Numbered from the whole stretch's first letter, positions 9,523 to 21,667 are shown. The stretch: 61,647 nucleotides of DNA, filler included, from an uncultured virus (IMG/VR IMGVR_UViG_2061766007_001776) (7 parts of one record of this genome joined end to end with filler, not necessarily neighbours in it); one strand, 5' to 3'. Made by a program: numbers and translations. The notes: generated by a model from the letters alone, not told the origin.

Positions 9523-10059
9523 TTATTCAAACGGAACCTCTTCAACATTATTCTCATCCGGGTCATCATACATTTCATACTGTGACTCGAATTCATCAAT
9601 ATGAAGATTCATAAACATCTTGTCAAGATAAGCTGCTACACCACTATTGCCATTTACTTCCCAACCATAAGGTCTGATAACAATATCACAATAGTCAAGT
9701 TCAGCCTGGTCTGCAATTGCTGCAAGCTGAGGTGTAACGAGTTTCTTATTTACTATCTTTTCAGGATTGTTAGGGTCCCTCTCAACAAGATAGATATGAG
9801 GACTAAGTAACTCAGTTCCATCATCACTATACCTGAAGTTAACTTTAACCTTAAGATAAGGAACATCAGGTGCTGTAGGTTCTTTCTTGTTGAAGTACTT
9901 TACAGGGAATCCCATATTAATAAGTGACTCCACATCATCATAGTTATCCAATACGATTGCAAAGTCTCTTACTCCACCTTTAGAGTTAAACTTAGTGGGT
10001 TTGCCTGCAAGATTCCTGAAACAAATCTGTGCCTTTGAAATGTTAATTTTTGGTGCTGC
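9523..10059 (-). CDS. Single-stranded DNA-binding protein (5' end lost in a gap)
   Basis: Frame extends upstream of the track ORF (ICFRNLAGKPTKFN...RDFAIVL); acidic aromatic tail DDPDENNVEEVPFE; next to the polymerase gene. Confidence 0.65.
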   Translation of the reverse strand, partial: AAPKINISKAQICFRNLAGKPTKFNSKGGVRDFAIVLDNYDDVESLINMGFPVKYFNKKEPTAPDVPYLKVKVNFRYSDDGTELLSPHIYLVERDPNNPEKIVNKKLVTPQLAAIADQAELDYCDIVIRPYGWEVNGNSGVAAYLDKMFMNLHIDEFESQYEMYDDPDENNVEEVPFE

Positions 10060-10504
10060 NNNNNNNNNNNNNNNNNNNNNNNNNNNNNNNNNNNNNNNNA
10101 ATGTAAATCATCTATTTTGTCTTTTTCAGATGTTGGACGAAGTATTTCATAATCGTGCACTGCAGTAATAACTTGTTTTGTGAAAGCATCTTTATACTCA
10201 GCATGTTTNNNNNNNNNNNNNNNNNNNNNNNNNNNNNNNNNNNNNNNNNNNNNNNNNNNNNNNNTTTAACCTCTATGTATTGGTCAGTTGACAAAACATA
10301 AAGCCAAGTATCTTCACATGGTGAAACATATGAAAAGACGACTTCTGTTTCTATAAGATTGGTTGTTGTAGTAACTCCGTCTGTACTTGTTCGTGTTACT
10401 TTTCTTGGAATAATATTAACATTACTAGTTTCAACAATCCTAGTAACTTCTTCCTCTTTAAATATTAATTTCATACATACTCCTTTAAAAGCCCTAGGAC
10501 TCCT

Positions 10505-13238
10505 TTATTCAAGGAATCCAGGGTCATATTGTGAAATATCATTTATTGCTTCTTCAACGAGTTTGTCAAAGTAACCATAATCAATCTTATCCTCAAGATG
10601 ATTATTCTTGACATATCCAGCTTCAAGCCATCTAACACCTTTAGTACCTGATGGTGACGAATATTTACCCTCGTTCAAACACATTAATTCTGCTCCACCA
10701 TATCCAGGGATAATAGGACAGAATCTTCCAACCTTTCCAATAAAGTTCCTATTATGTCCAGAATCAACTATTTCATCGAGTTCTGCTTCTGTATGATCCA
10801 TAAAGAACTCATTCTTCATATTAATTTCTCTCTTTGTATACTTCTTAGAAATATCATTTCCGAGAGCTTCATCAACAACAATATCTTCTATAGTTTCATA
10901 CTGACTAACATCAGGTAAGTTCTCATTATAATCGAGATATAACGAACCTTTTGATACATTAATTGTACTACATACATCTTCAAATGTAATAGGTTCTTTA
11001 CTAAACAACATCTTGAAGACATAAGGTTCCTGGAACTGAGCTCCTGTTGCTGTCCATCGAGTAGGAATATCTTTACCTTTCTCAATTGCATCTTTACACT
11101 CTTTAATCCAATCTTCATCTGTCTCCGCTAATTTACCTATATAAACTGCATCATTTACTAAGCAGATCTTTTCAAATTCATGTTCAACTTCGAACGAATA
11201 ACCATATCTCTTTCCAAAGTTAAGAATAAAGTTTTCAATATATTCATCAGGATTAACAACCTTAAGTGAATCTGTCTTAATATGAAATATCTTGTAACCT
11301 TGTGCTATAACTTCATCTCTCAAATCCATCATAAACAATGCGCCACGCTTTGCAACAATATTATCAATATTTCTAGGATCCCTAAACTTATTTTCAAAGC
11401 TTGCTGCTGTCTGACCATATATTGCGTTAATAGGTGTCTTAAGAGATGTACTCAAGCGTTTCTTAACATCTTTATTTTCCATATACTTCATAAGTTTACC
11501 ATCAAACAATTTACTTAAGAAGTCCATATCATCATGTTTAATAGCTACTCTCGCCTGAACCAAACTATATGCAACTCGTGTATATCTTCCTAACAAATAC
11601 TCTGCTGCCATGCTGTGAGGATGCATAGAAGTTACATCAAATGTCTTGGAATGACCATACACACCGGGAGTTGCTCGAACTAAACCGCCTTCACCAACTG
11701 GTTCTCCCTTATAAAAACTCTTTTCATTCTTTTTGCCATATGGATCAAATGTATAACCCTCAAAATATGGAAGTAAACTCTTCTTGTCTCCGTGAGGTTG
11801 AGACATCATTTCAGGGAAAATTTCTTCTAAGAATTCCTTTTGATCCGGCAACAATGTATAAACAGGTTCTGCAAGATTTCGATAACAGAAACTGGATTGA
11901 GGTTTCCTTTCGTTTCCAAATATCAGTTTTGCAGTTAACATGTTATCTGTATCATTAACAGTTCCACCTGAGATATCTGCTAATATTTCTCGAGAAACGA
12001 AATCAGCCTGAGTTGCCAACCATACTGCCTCGGTCGCGTCCAAGTCATACCCGTTGTACTCTTTTGCTTGTTCCCATTTCTCTTCTGGAAGTGGCTTATC
12101 CCAATCAGTTTCCATCTCTTTATGATAAATACCTAATTCGATTTCCCACTTCTTTAATGATTGTTTCTTTTTACTATAGTCATAAATATCTGTATAAGAT
12201 AAGTTATAAGCTTCACCAAAGAATGCTTCACGAGAACCTTTTTCTGCATGAATTATCTTTTGTGACAAGTTAAATAACTGTTCATTATTATAACCATTTA
12301 CATGTGCATAAACAATATGATTGTCATAACGTCTACAGTTAAATCCAATTAACTTATACTTCAATAACGGTTCAATATCTTGAGGTGTTGGATTCAACAA
12401 AATGTGCTTTTCTCCACCTAAGAACTTGAAACCAAATATATAAAGATTCTTCCAAACTTCTATATCAAAGAATACTGGTTTGTCATAATCTTTTTCATAC
12501 TCAACTGCATCACTTGCTTCTTCTGACTTAAATGGCATCTTATCTAATAACTCTAAACAATAATCAGAACTATTTGACGACGCCATTGCATACTTCAATA
12601 CGCTTTGATACATATCTGACAAGTCATAATGAACTCCATTATCATATGCATCTTTTAATATCTTGTAGATGAAATCCATATTAGGTTTGTGATGACCATG
12701 AATCTCATTTCGAAGACAACGCATGATAGTTTTACGCATTGCATTTTCATTCTGCATTGCACTGATGTCTAACATTTTACCTCCCTTTTTCTCTTTGAGA
12801 GGCAAACATCCGTCATTAATTTTGGCTATAGGAATATCATTAAATTTTGTCAGCTGCCTCCTCAATGAAGCATTACCTGTAAATATCTTTATTTCTATAT
12901 CATCACCTAAGATACGACTTAACTCATCTACNNNNNNNNNNNNNNNNNNNNNCAAGTGAATACCGGCACCAGACTTACTTAACTCTGCATAAGTTTTAGG
13001 AAACTGACTCGCTGCTTCGATGTTAAGCTGTATGTCTTTTTCACCATTTTCATTCTTTCTATCAAAGTCTAATGTTACTAACGAACTAGGACCTTGAACA
13101 TAATGCAAACGACTTGTATCAATATCTTTAAGTTTAGTTGTGACATTCTCCCAACGCTTACCAGGAATGCCATCTCCTGTTGCATATTGTGCCTTATAAT
13201 CTTGTAAGAATATATCGAGGACTGACGAATCGTTTGCT
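10505..13238 (-). CDS. Primase (AEP-like) - 3'-5' exonuclease - family B DNA polymerase fusion, 5'-truncated by a contig break
   Basis: AEP-like LDFD and ELSKSGAGIHL; ExoI FFDIEV, ExoII GFNCRRYD, ExoIII YNGYD; Pol motifs DVTSMHP, KTPINAIYG, HIKTDS; frame open to the gap at 13239. Confidence 0.85.
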
Positions 13239-13282
13239 NNNNNNNNNNNNNNNNNNNNNNNNNNNNNNNNNNNNNNNNNNNN

Positions 13283-13294
13283 TTAATTAATTAA
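13283..13294. other. Artificial contig-joining linker TTAATTAATTAA (also 15388, 32099, 43996, 46884, 56788)
   Basis: Identical six-frame-stop 12-mer embedded in N runs at six sites. Confidence 0.95.
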
Positions 13295-13339
13295 NNNNNN
13301 NNNNNNNNNNNNNNNNNNNNNNNNNNNNNNNNNNNNNNA

Positions 13340-13678
13340 CATCCAAAAGAACTGATACTTTTCTAGGTTAACTACTTGTGTTAATCTTTCACTAAACGCT
13401 ACAAGCATTTCTAATATCGAACAAGGTTTATTTGCTAAAATATCTATAAACTGTTGGGCTTCACCTGGGGATAACATTTCAGCAAATCGTTTCCTCATTT
13501 CTAAACCTTCAATAGCTCTATTCTCGTCTAGAGGAATGTTTTGCATCCACACGTATTCGACATAATATAAATGTAACAATAACGATTCATATAATGCTGT
13601 TTTATCATCACAATCAATCATGTCAGTTAACCAGTCATAATATGATTTTTCTAAATAATTACTGAAAGTTTCATTCAT
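13340..13678 (-). CDS. Conserved hypothetical phage protein (3'-truncated)
   Basis: YYDWL...DENRAIEGLEMRKRF...CSILEMLVA; ATG at 13678 with GAGG RBS. Confidence 0.6.
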
Positions 13679-13776
13679 ATTACACCTCGCATACGTAACT
13701 CCTTTCTGGTCAAAAACCAAAAATAATAGGAGCCAACTCCTGACTCCCATGTATAATGTAAAATAAATCCGCGAGC

Positions 13777-14629
13777 TTAATACTGTTCACGAATCTTCTC
13801 AAAATCTTCAGTTCCGTTGTAAATTATATGGAAATCAAGTAACAAAGCTCTGTCTCTTAAATAGATTTCGTAAGGGTCAGACTTTCCATCTAAGCTAGCT
13901 TGATCAGTTCCGAATAAATTGAGATTGTCGAGGCCAAAATATTCTTCAGTATATTCGTCAATTACATTGTCATTCATGTCCGCAAAGATTCCGTTTTGCT
14001 CATAATAAATTAATTCTTCTTTCTTATAACCACCACTCATCTCATAATTTTCTTTTGTGATTTGGTGGGGNNNNNNNNNNATAACTCCTTTCTGGTCAAA
14101 AACCAAAAATAATAGGAGCCAACTCCTGACTNNNNNNNNNNGCTTTATTTACGTTCTCATATTTACGACTAATCTTTGCATAATCTTTTTTATACTGAGG
14201 TATGATTCTTAAACCTCTATCTACTTCGAGTAAGTTAGTTCCCTCATTAAAGTCAGCTGGGTCATACTCACCTTCTTCATACTGTTTTGCGATGTCAGCA
14301 ACAATATCTTTAGGTGAAGGATTCTTAATAACTACTTCGGGTTTGTTGTCTACTTCAGGCAATTTAGATATGTCCATTTTCATAACTTTTTCAGGTGGAT
14401 TGTCTTTAACTATGTTATCAATCTTAATATCTTTAGTTGTCTGAAGTTCCTTTATTTTATTCTCGTAAAACTCTTGCATCTGTTCAATATCTTTTTGGTT
14501 CTTTTTATTTTGTTCTTTTGCGTCAAATTTCTTTAACTTCCGCATTACAAATATTGCACCAACAGAACCAATTATTGAACCTACAAATGTACCCAATACG
14601 AAACCTAAATTATCGTCTCTAAATCTCAT
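13777..14629 (-). CDS. Membrane-anchored acidic phage protein, probably one gene broken by gaps and a misplaced fragment
   Basis: N-terminal TM segment; C-terminal ELIYYEQNGIFADMND segment; 14082-14131 duplicates 13697-13746. Confidence 0.5.
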
Positions 14630-14776
14630 GTTTGTTCGTCTCCTGTATCTCCAGAATCATTTATGTAACCTAAGAATCCATCAAACTTATCATTCTTCTT
14701 TTTCTTTTCATCCAAGTAATAAGCATTCTCGGCTTCCTTAGATGTCTTACCAGCATCTTCTTCATCNNNNNNNNNN

Positions 14777-15343
14777 AAATATCTTTAACTTCCTTCTTTT
14801 TACGTTTATTAGTGTTTCTTATTTTCTTAAATGGTTCTTTCTTAAAAACCATATAAACATGACGAGTTATCTTATCACTTCCATCAAGTTGATACTCAGG
14901 ATAATACTCATAAAAATAATCTTTAAGATTCTCTCTTACTTGTGTCTTAGTGAATGTAACNNNNNNNNNNNNNNNNNNNNNNNNNNNNNNTACATCTTAT
15001 AGTAACGCCATGCTTCATCCAAAGTTGTCATGTCTCTTTCTTTAAAAATATCATAACAACTCTCAACAAAATTGAAGAAAACATCAGTCTTATATGACAT
15101 TGAGATTCCTTCATATTTGTTGTAATAATTCTCTCCTAAACGTTCAAAAGTTTGAAGACACTTATATGCAATTGCACCTCGTTCATATTTCCTTATTGTC
15201 TTATTAAGTTTGTCATAAATATCTTTAGGAACCAAATCACCTGTTGGCCAAATATCTATAAGTCTTCTCTTAATACCTGACTTCGAATCAGTTATCTGAA
15301 CAGGTGAATTCGAACACAAAATTAATACAGAATGAAATCTCAT
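14777..15343 (-). CDS. Fragment of an SF3/D5-like helicase domain, probably the upstream part of the primase-polymerase gene
   Basis: ILCSNSP...SGIKRRLIDI (SF3 motif C and arginine-finger-like); bounded by gaps. Confidence 0.6.
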
Positions 15344-15537
15344 NNNNNNNNNNNNNNNNNNNNNNNNNNNNNNNNNNNNNNNNNNNNTTAATTAATTAAN
15401 NNNNNNNNNNNNNNNNNNNNNNNNNNNNNNNNNNNNNNNNNNNTTCAAAAATAGTTTCGAAGAAAAGTCTCATGTCTTCTTTAATCATTTTCTGTAACAA
15501 TATCTTTTTCTCGTCATCACTTAACCGAGATATAAAC

Positions 15538-15825
15538 TCATATATTATTTTCTTTTTCTGTTCGTAAACTGTCGATATCGCCATTGTCTTCACCTTCTTT
15601 CAATTTGTTTACTTTTTCACCATACCATTCTATAGCTGCATGAAATAATGCACCAATAAAACTAAAAAGACTAATTAACCAAAGTATAGGCCAAAATACA
15701 ACCATTGTGGGATATACATCACTTACTGATTTATCATAACCTTCAACATAAATATGTATACCTAACGATATAAAACCAACTATCAAATAAGCTACTATAC
15801 ATAATATTATTCCCCAAACTGGCAT
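15538..15825 (-). CDS. Small membrane protein
   Basis: Two hydrophobic segments, FWPILW motif. Confidence 0.6.
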   Translation of the reverse strand: MPVWGIILCIVAYLIVGFISLGIHIYVEGYDKSVSDVYPTMVVFWPILWLISLFSFIGALFHAAIEWYGEKVNKLKEGEDNGDIDSLRTEKENNI

Positions 15826-15826
15826 A

Positions 15827-16881
15827 TTAATTACCTTCTTTCTCTAAGAATTCTACCATGAACCCAGCAAACTTCGGATCCAAGTTTAATAATTGTGGCA
15901 AGTTATAATTGTATTGCCAACTTAAATAATTTAATCTGTCTTTATAATCTGTAAGAATATCTTTATTTGTTTCAAGATACCTACAGAATGTCCATAAGTA
16001 TATTTCCAATTCGTTAAACTCTGCTCTTGCAAACTGAGAAATTTGAACAAAGTTATACCGGTCAATACCATGTGGTAAAATATCTTGAAGCCATACAGTT
16101 CTCATGAAATACATTCTATCTTCATGTGCTTTGACTATATCTTCTGTCTTATAAAGGTTACTATCTGCTAATGAACCACCTCGTCTATAATAGTATGTTA
16201 TACGAGAATTAAAGTAAATCTTATTAGCAGCCCATATTAACCAATGCGCAGTAAAGTTGTCGTCTTTAGTTCTGAAGTTAGGGAATTGGATAGTCATCGG
16301 AAAGAAGTCATATTCATGTTCCTGATAGCTTTCCCTAAAGAATATTTCAGTTCTAAATATCTTGTTCCAGGTTGCACAAAGAGGTATTGAATACTTATTA
16401 AACTTTGCACCTGGGAATACATAAGTATCGCATAAATATAATAGAGCCAAATACTTATCCATATACTCGCCAACAGGTTTGGGTTGTCTTTCTGGGAAAC
16501 GAGTTTGCGCTGAGAAAACACATACTTCACGAGTATAATTACCTACAGAAATATCTATACCTCTATCGTTTAACATTGGTTCAATTAGTGTTTGTACTGC
16601 GAAAGGTTGTAACTCGTCATCCGCATCACAGAACATAACAAAGTCAGTATGGAATTGACTATCTTGTGAATCACCAAGCAAACTGACTCCCCAATTTCGA
16701 CAAAAAGAATGGCCATGATTATGCTTAACTTCATCATATGGACCAGATTGAGGACGCTTAACTAATCTAAACTTTGTATCTGGTTCATGGTCGTCTTTCA
16801 TACCGTATTGAGTTTTCATCTCTTCCCAGAATGCATCTAACTCAGGCATATCAGACCAATCATCAATTAGCAATAATCGAG
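15827..16881 (-). CDS. Glycosyltransferase family 2 (GT-A fold), 5' end lost in a gap
   Basis: LLIDDWS, RNWG, FVMFCDADD (DxD), ATWNKIFR, YYYRRGGS. Confidence 0.8.
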
Positions 16882-17081
16882 NNNNNNNNNNNNNNNNNNN
16901 NNNNNNNNNNNNNNNNNNNNNNNNNNNNNNNNNNNNNNNNNNNNNNNNNNNNNNNNNNNNNNNNNNNNNNNNNNNNNNNNNNNNNNNNNNNNNNNNNNNN
17001 NNNNNNNNNNNNNNNNNNNNNNNNNNNNNNNNNNNNNNNNNNNNNNNNNAAAGGAGGTAAAAGCGTATGGATTTAAATGCA

Positions 17082-17142
17082 CAACACCTTAAACTCCGGA
17101 ATAGGACTCTCAAAATATCTTGTGTATTGCTGTGTTAGGTGT
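17082..17142 (-). ncRNA. Divergent ACAGCAA-family unit
   Basis: ACACCT-AACACAGCAA-...TTTTGAG...-AGGTGT-TG. Confidence 0.4.
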
Positions 17143-17653
17143 AAACAAACTAAAGAATTAAGGTAGGAGGTTTAATTCAATATGAGTTTTGGCAGGTGTA
17201 GATATCTCAAGAGCCCTACTCCGGAGTCTAAATTTCAGACCCCAGAGCTCATACGTTAGAGGACAAAAGTTAAAGATAGTAAGCTAATTTAAAAATGTTC
17301 TATACTCCAAGTTAAGAAGTTAATAATCATTATTATTTTAATTGTCTTACAAATCATTTTCCACATATTTTTTACCCTATTATTACCGGATCCCTTCCAA
17401 TCCGTCCGCCAATGACACCACCATCTNNNNNNNNNNNNNNNNNNNNNNNNNNNNNNNNNNNNNNNNNNNNNNNNTATATGTTTCACTTACATGAACGCAA
17501 CCTATTAGATAAAGTTTTGCTATTGGCTCCTGCTGTGGATCGAAGCCATAACCTCTTGCAAATTCCGGATTATATGCCGGGTCATGTATCTTAAAGTCGA
17601 TTTCATCAGTTAAGCCTTTATACCAGCACCACTGATAACCTCCAGCAATCTCC

Positions 17654-18361
17654 TCATGACCAAANNNNNNNNNNNNNNAAGCATCTCATTACATCATTGA
17701 CATAGACTCTCTTTCCTTCTCGGAACTTATTATTCAATTCTCTCTGACCTGTGTCAATTAAGAAACTATTTGCCTGAGGACATCCCGCTTCATAATCTTG
17801 CAAACTATCGTTAAACAAGAGATATGAGCCTTCCACAAACGGCCCTTTATAATCGTCAACATCTTTAGCCGTTTCAACCTGAGCTTCAAGATAAATTTCC
17901 TGCTCTCTCTCAACGCCAACTTCCTGTGCGACTTTATCTCTATACTTAGTAAATANNNNNNNNNNNNNNNNNNNNNNNNNNNNNNNNNNNNNNNNNNNNN
18001 NNNCTTCCATGCAATGTGCTTTAACAATCAGACCATAACCTGCTGCCAATAAACCAACTGCAGGCCAGAACTTTCTTACATAATCTGCACCAACATGACG
18101 ATAAGCTTTCATTACTTCCTTCTTTGTATGCTTTTCGTCCATTCCGGCTTCTATACAATTTGCTCTTGTGTCTTCTACTAAACGCTTGTGTTCAGGTGCT
18201 TTTTCAGATATCTTTAATGTTGCACGACAAGCGAAGATTGTTCCTGCTAATGCTGTAACGATTCCAATACCTGTGATGATGCCTGTATGCTGACCAACTG
18301 TATTCTTTAAATCGTTATAGTTATGCCAGAACGAATTACATAATTCATTCCATTTTCCCAT
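17654..18361 (-). CDS. DUF6353-like phage protein (3' part gap-broken)
   Basis: TM segment followed by ACRATLK; YRDKV...G.ERE pattern; paralog of 30539..31435. Confidence 0.65.
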   Translation of the reverse strand: MGKWNELCNSFWHNYNDLKNTVGQHTGIITGIGIVTALAGTIFACRATLKISEKAPEHKRLVEDTRANCIEAGMDEKHTKKEVMKAYRHVGADYVRKFWPAVGLLAAGYGLIVKAHCMEXXXXXXXXXXXXXXXXXFTKYRDKVAQEVGVEREQEIYLEAQVETAKDVDDYKGPFVEGSYLLFNDSLQDYEAGCPQANSFLIDTGQRELNNKFREGKRVYVNDVMRCXXXXXXWS

Positions 18362-18668
18362 TATCTTTATTTTCCTTTCTTTCTTCTATTAAATCACCAA
18401 AGAATTCATCTAAGGTTATTTGATGACAACCGCTTCTCGCTTCTTCCCTTTTTAATTTCAATTCCTGGACTTCCTTGGGAGTGCGATAGTATATATTTCC
18501 GTTGTCATCGAAGTTTATTACTCCGTCTTTTTTAAACTTTTCGAACACCGCATAAACTTGTAGAGCTGGCATTTTTCGCACTCGCTCTAACCACTTTTTA
18601 TCATTGTAGGCCAACATTATCGCACTTCGACGTTGCTCTGTTGTTAAATATCTTATCATTTCTTCCAC
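18345..18668 (-). CDS. Conserved hypothetical phage protein
   Basis: R.AI..AY...KW.ERV..MP..QV.A motif. Confidence 0.6.
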   Translation of the reverse strand: MEEMIRYLTTEQRRSAIMLAYNDKKWLERVRKMPALQVYAVFEKFKKDGVINFDDNGNIYYRTPKEVQELKLKREEARSGCHQITLDEFFGDLIEERKENKDNGKME

Positions 18669-18887
18669 CTACTTTCAATAATTGTTACAATTTTATGCTT
18701 CGTTCCTTGATCAATAGTCATTNNNNNNNNNNNNNTTTTCATTTTCTGTCATGCGGAGCACTCGAGTATACCAAAGTCTTAATTCATTATCAGACATATT
18801 TAGTATATCGTTTACATCATAATTCATTAATTTGCAATACTTAATTATCTTTTTAAATTTCTGATAATCTTTCATACATATTCCTCA

Positions 18888-19127
18888 CTACGGACTGAAC
18901 AATCGGACATCGTCCAATATTTCCCATCCGACTCCTCTAAAACACCATGTTAAATCTCTTACTGGGATTGACATACCTGTCTCAATTCGAGTTCGTAATT
19001 CCTCACTAATACGGTCTCTCATATCTTGAACATAATCGTCAATCTTTTCGTCAGGCCATGTTAAAATATCTATAAGATTTGACCTGTCGATTTCGCTTAC
19101 CGCAATCAAGTCTTTAACATCATTCAT
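18888..19127 (-). CDS. Hypothetical protein (paralog trio)
   Basis: YVQDMRDRISEELRTRIETG. Confidence 0.55.
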   Translation of the reverse strand: MNDVKDLIAVSEIDRSNLIDILTWPDEKIDDYVQDMRDRISEELRTRIETGMSIPVRDLTWCFRGVGWEILDDVRLFSP

Positions 19128-19357
19128 TAGAATACCTCATACTTATTAATTAAACCATTCATAACTATTCCTAATAATTCTGATGTATTTATCTTTACTG
19201 GAGTTTTCCCATCGATACGTTCATTAAGTTCCTCGCGAACGAACTCAACATATGCATTATACCACAAATCCGCTTCTTCCAATGGGATTCCCATAATATC
19301 ACAATCTGTCATTAATTCCTGATAGAGAGGATCTTTAATATCTTTACTCATGACCAC
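19127..19357 (-). CDS. Hypothetical protein (paralog trio)
   Basis: YVEFVREELNERIDG. Confidence 0.55.
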   Translation of the reverse strand: MVMSKDIKDPLYQELMTDCDIMGIPLEEADLWYNAYVEFVREELNERIDGKTPVKINTSELLGIVMNGLINKYEVF

Positions 19358-19620
19358 ACCTCATAAATACTTAACTTGTGAACTTCACCTGTACGTATCC
19401 TGTCTTGCATACTTTTTCTTACATAATTAATATAATCTACATACCAATACGGAAAGTTACTGAGACGTCCCTCACAAAGACTCAATAACTCCTGTGGATC
19501 GACATTATGATGCCTACAAAACCTATTAAAATTCTTTATTAAAACTCTTCTTTTAACTTGAGTTACCATCCAACCATCCTCTTTCATATTAAATATCTTT
19601 ACTTGCCATTTAGGTAGCAA
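19348..19620 (-). CDS. Hypothetical protein (paralog trio)
   Basis: YINYVRKSMQDRIRTG. Confidence 0.5.
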   Translation of the reverse strand: MLPKWQVKIFNMKEDGWMVTQVKRRVLIKNFNRFCRHHNVDPQELLSLCEGRLSNFPYWYVDYINYVRKSMQDRIRTGEVHKLSIYEVWS

Positions 19621-20273
19621 GGTTGAGGCATCTTAAGAATCCAAGTTCCATCAGCTAACGGAACAACTCGATGCCAAGGAATATCATACCAACCCCAATT
19701 CTGCAAGATAACCTCGGGATTGCTTACATTGCTTAAATCATATAAATTTCTTACTGTTGCCACTGAGTAGTTTGCGATACGATTACATAAACCGCTATAA
19801 ACATTCTCAGCATCCTGCCATGAACCATAACGAATATATTCTGGGTCATATACATCTGTACTACGATATGAACCAAGTCCAGGATTATCGACTGACACCT
19901 TTGGACCAGTTGGTGCTACTGAGTTTGGACTATTCTGAACACGATAAGCATTTGCATAATTTGTTGTTGTGTTCGAGAATAATGGCCTATAAACTCCTCC
20001 AGGACCTGTCGAATAACCATTTTTACCAAATAGCCACATATACACAGCCGAAGTTACTGCGTTTGCTATACCTGTCTTTATGGATTGAGTTATTACATTC
20101 TTAAATGTATCTTTCGCAACTGTCTTTAAATCCTCTGCGAAGAACCCTTTCCACAAACTTTTCAGAGCAGATGACTTTTTGGTCTTTACAACTGTTGAGA
20201 CTACTGGCTTCAACGGCTCGTTTGCTTTTGCCGGAACACCAACAACCTCTCCTTTTACTCGCTCAACTGCCAT
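19599..20273 (-). CDS. Conserved hypothetical phage protein
   Basis: 224 aa; C-terminal YSVATVRNLYDL...WGW...LKMP; RBS AAAGGA. Confidence 0.7.
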   Translation of the reverse strand: MAVERVKGEVVGVPAKANEPLKPVVSTVVKTKKSSALKSLWKGFFAEDLKTVAKDTFKNVITQSIKTGIANAVTSAVYMWLFGKNGYSTGPGGVYRPLFSNTTTNYANAYRVQNSPNSVAPTGPKVSVDNPGLGSYRSTDVYDPEYIRYGSWQDAENVYSGLCNRIANYSVATVRNLYDLSNVSNPEVILQNWGWYDIPWHRVVPLADGTWILKMPQPCYLNGK

Positions 20274-20364
20274 TTAATTCGTTTCCTTTCGTGAAAAAAA
20301 TAAAAAAGATAGAACCGAAGGGACTAGAATTTCTCTAATCCCTTTTGGTTCCACAATTACAAAA

Positions 20365-20673
20365 TTACTTTGCTTCGGGAGTTGCCTCCTTGGAAGCGTC
20401 GTCTGCTGCAGCATCAGCTGCTTCTTCTGTTTCCGGCAACGGACCGAACTTCTGCTCGTACTGATCGAGCTTCTTCTTCATCTTGCGGTACTTGATGATC
20501 GCAAACGGAATACCGATTCCTGTGATACACAGGGCACCGATAATCACGTAGAAAATCACCTTGTGACCGGTGTCGACGTTCTCGTCAGTTACGACAGGTG
20601 CTAAATCTGTCTGTGCCTCAGTTACTACTGTTGCTTCTGCTGCTTCTGCAGCTACCATGTTGTTATCTTCCAT
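20365..20673 (-). CDS. Single-pass membrane protein in its own promoter-terminator cassette
   Basis: Promoter motif 20712-20738, AAAGGAG RBS, hairpin plus T-run terminator ~20295-20352. Confidence 0.7.
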   Translation of the reverse strand: MEDNNMVAAEAAEATVVTEAQTDLAPVVTDENVDTGHKVIFYVIIGALCITGIGIPFAIIKYRKMKKKLDQYEQKFGPLPETEEAADAAADDASKEATPEAK

Positions 20674-21276
20674 TTTGTTCTCCTTTCGTTTTCAAAACAA
20701 TTTCTTGGTTGCTATAATATGAACCAAAAATTTCGCGTCTGTAAAAAGATAAAGGAGCATAAATTACATGCTCCATATATCTTGTGTAAGCTTTGTTTGT
20801 TCATTTGTCTTTCCACTTACTGATGCCTNNNNNNNNNNNNNNNNNNNNNNNTAAGAATAATTCAAACATAGAAATTACCTCCTTCATCTTTAATATATAT
20901 AGTAAAGGTGACTTGCTCAAATCGTATCGTCACCGTCCTATTAGACTCCCATAAAAAATCGCGAAGGAAGTAAATATCTTTAATCGTCCTTATGTTTACT
21001 TCTGAACTTGTAGATAAGCGGTTCGTTCTTACCAGTTAATATATAATAAGCTAACAGATTCTTTCCTGATATATACTGTTCCTGCATATTTTTGTCAACA
21101 ACTGTTACCGACTCTAACTTATCTTTCTTATCTACTCGTAAGTCAGTTATATATAACTTTTCATTACTCATAGTATGCTTAAGTTCGTCTCCTAGGCGAT
21201 ATTTTTTACTATCATTGTCATANNNNNNNNNNNNNNNNNNNNNNNNNNNNNNNATTCCATACTCCCCTTTTCGGTT

Positions 21277-21636
21277 TTACTCTGCAGGCTTCGTCTCCGA
21301 AACCTTATCTTCCGGCATAACAGGAATATAGTCGTACTTAATATATTCCTCTTTAGATGTCGGGACTGCCTGATACTGGTCCCATATTGTAGGATCCGGT
21401 GTTGCCGCTATTTCGACAGTCTTAGTCTTGCTAAACATTTTAGCTCCTAAGAATATCAAAGTTATCGGCAAGAATACCGCACCAACAATTACCAGTGCCT
21501 TATGGTCTTTCGCCCAATCTAAAGCCTTTTCATACCAAGACTTCTCCTGTTCTGTCTCTTCGATTTCTTTGTACTCTGCATCTTCGTATCCCATACGAAA
21601 TTCCTCCTCTAATAATATTGATGGTTCAATGACCAC
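21277..21636 (-). CDS. Single-pass membrane protein
   Basis: TM segment; promoter motif at 21637-21663. Confidence 0.55.
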   Translation of the reverse strand: MVIEPSILLEEEFRMGYEDAEYKEIEETEQEKSWYEKALDWAKDHKALVIVGAVFLPITLIFLGAKMFSKTKTVEIAATPDPTIWDQYQAVPTSKEEYIKYDYIPVMPEDKVSETKPAE

Positions 21637-21667
21637 CTATTAAACGCACATAAAAAATAGCGTTTTA

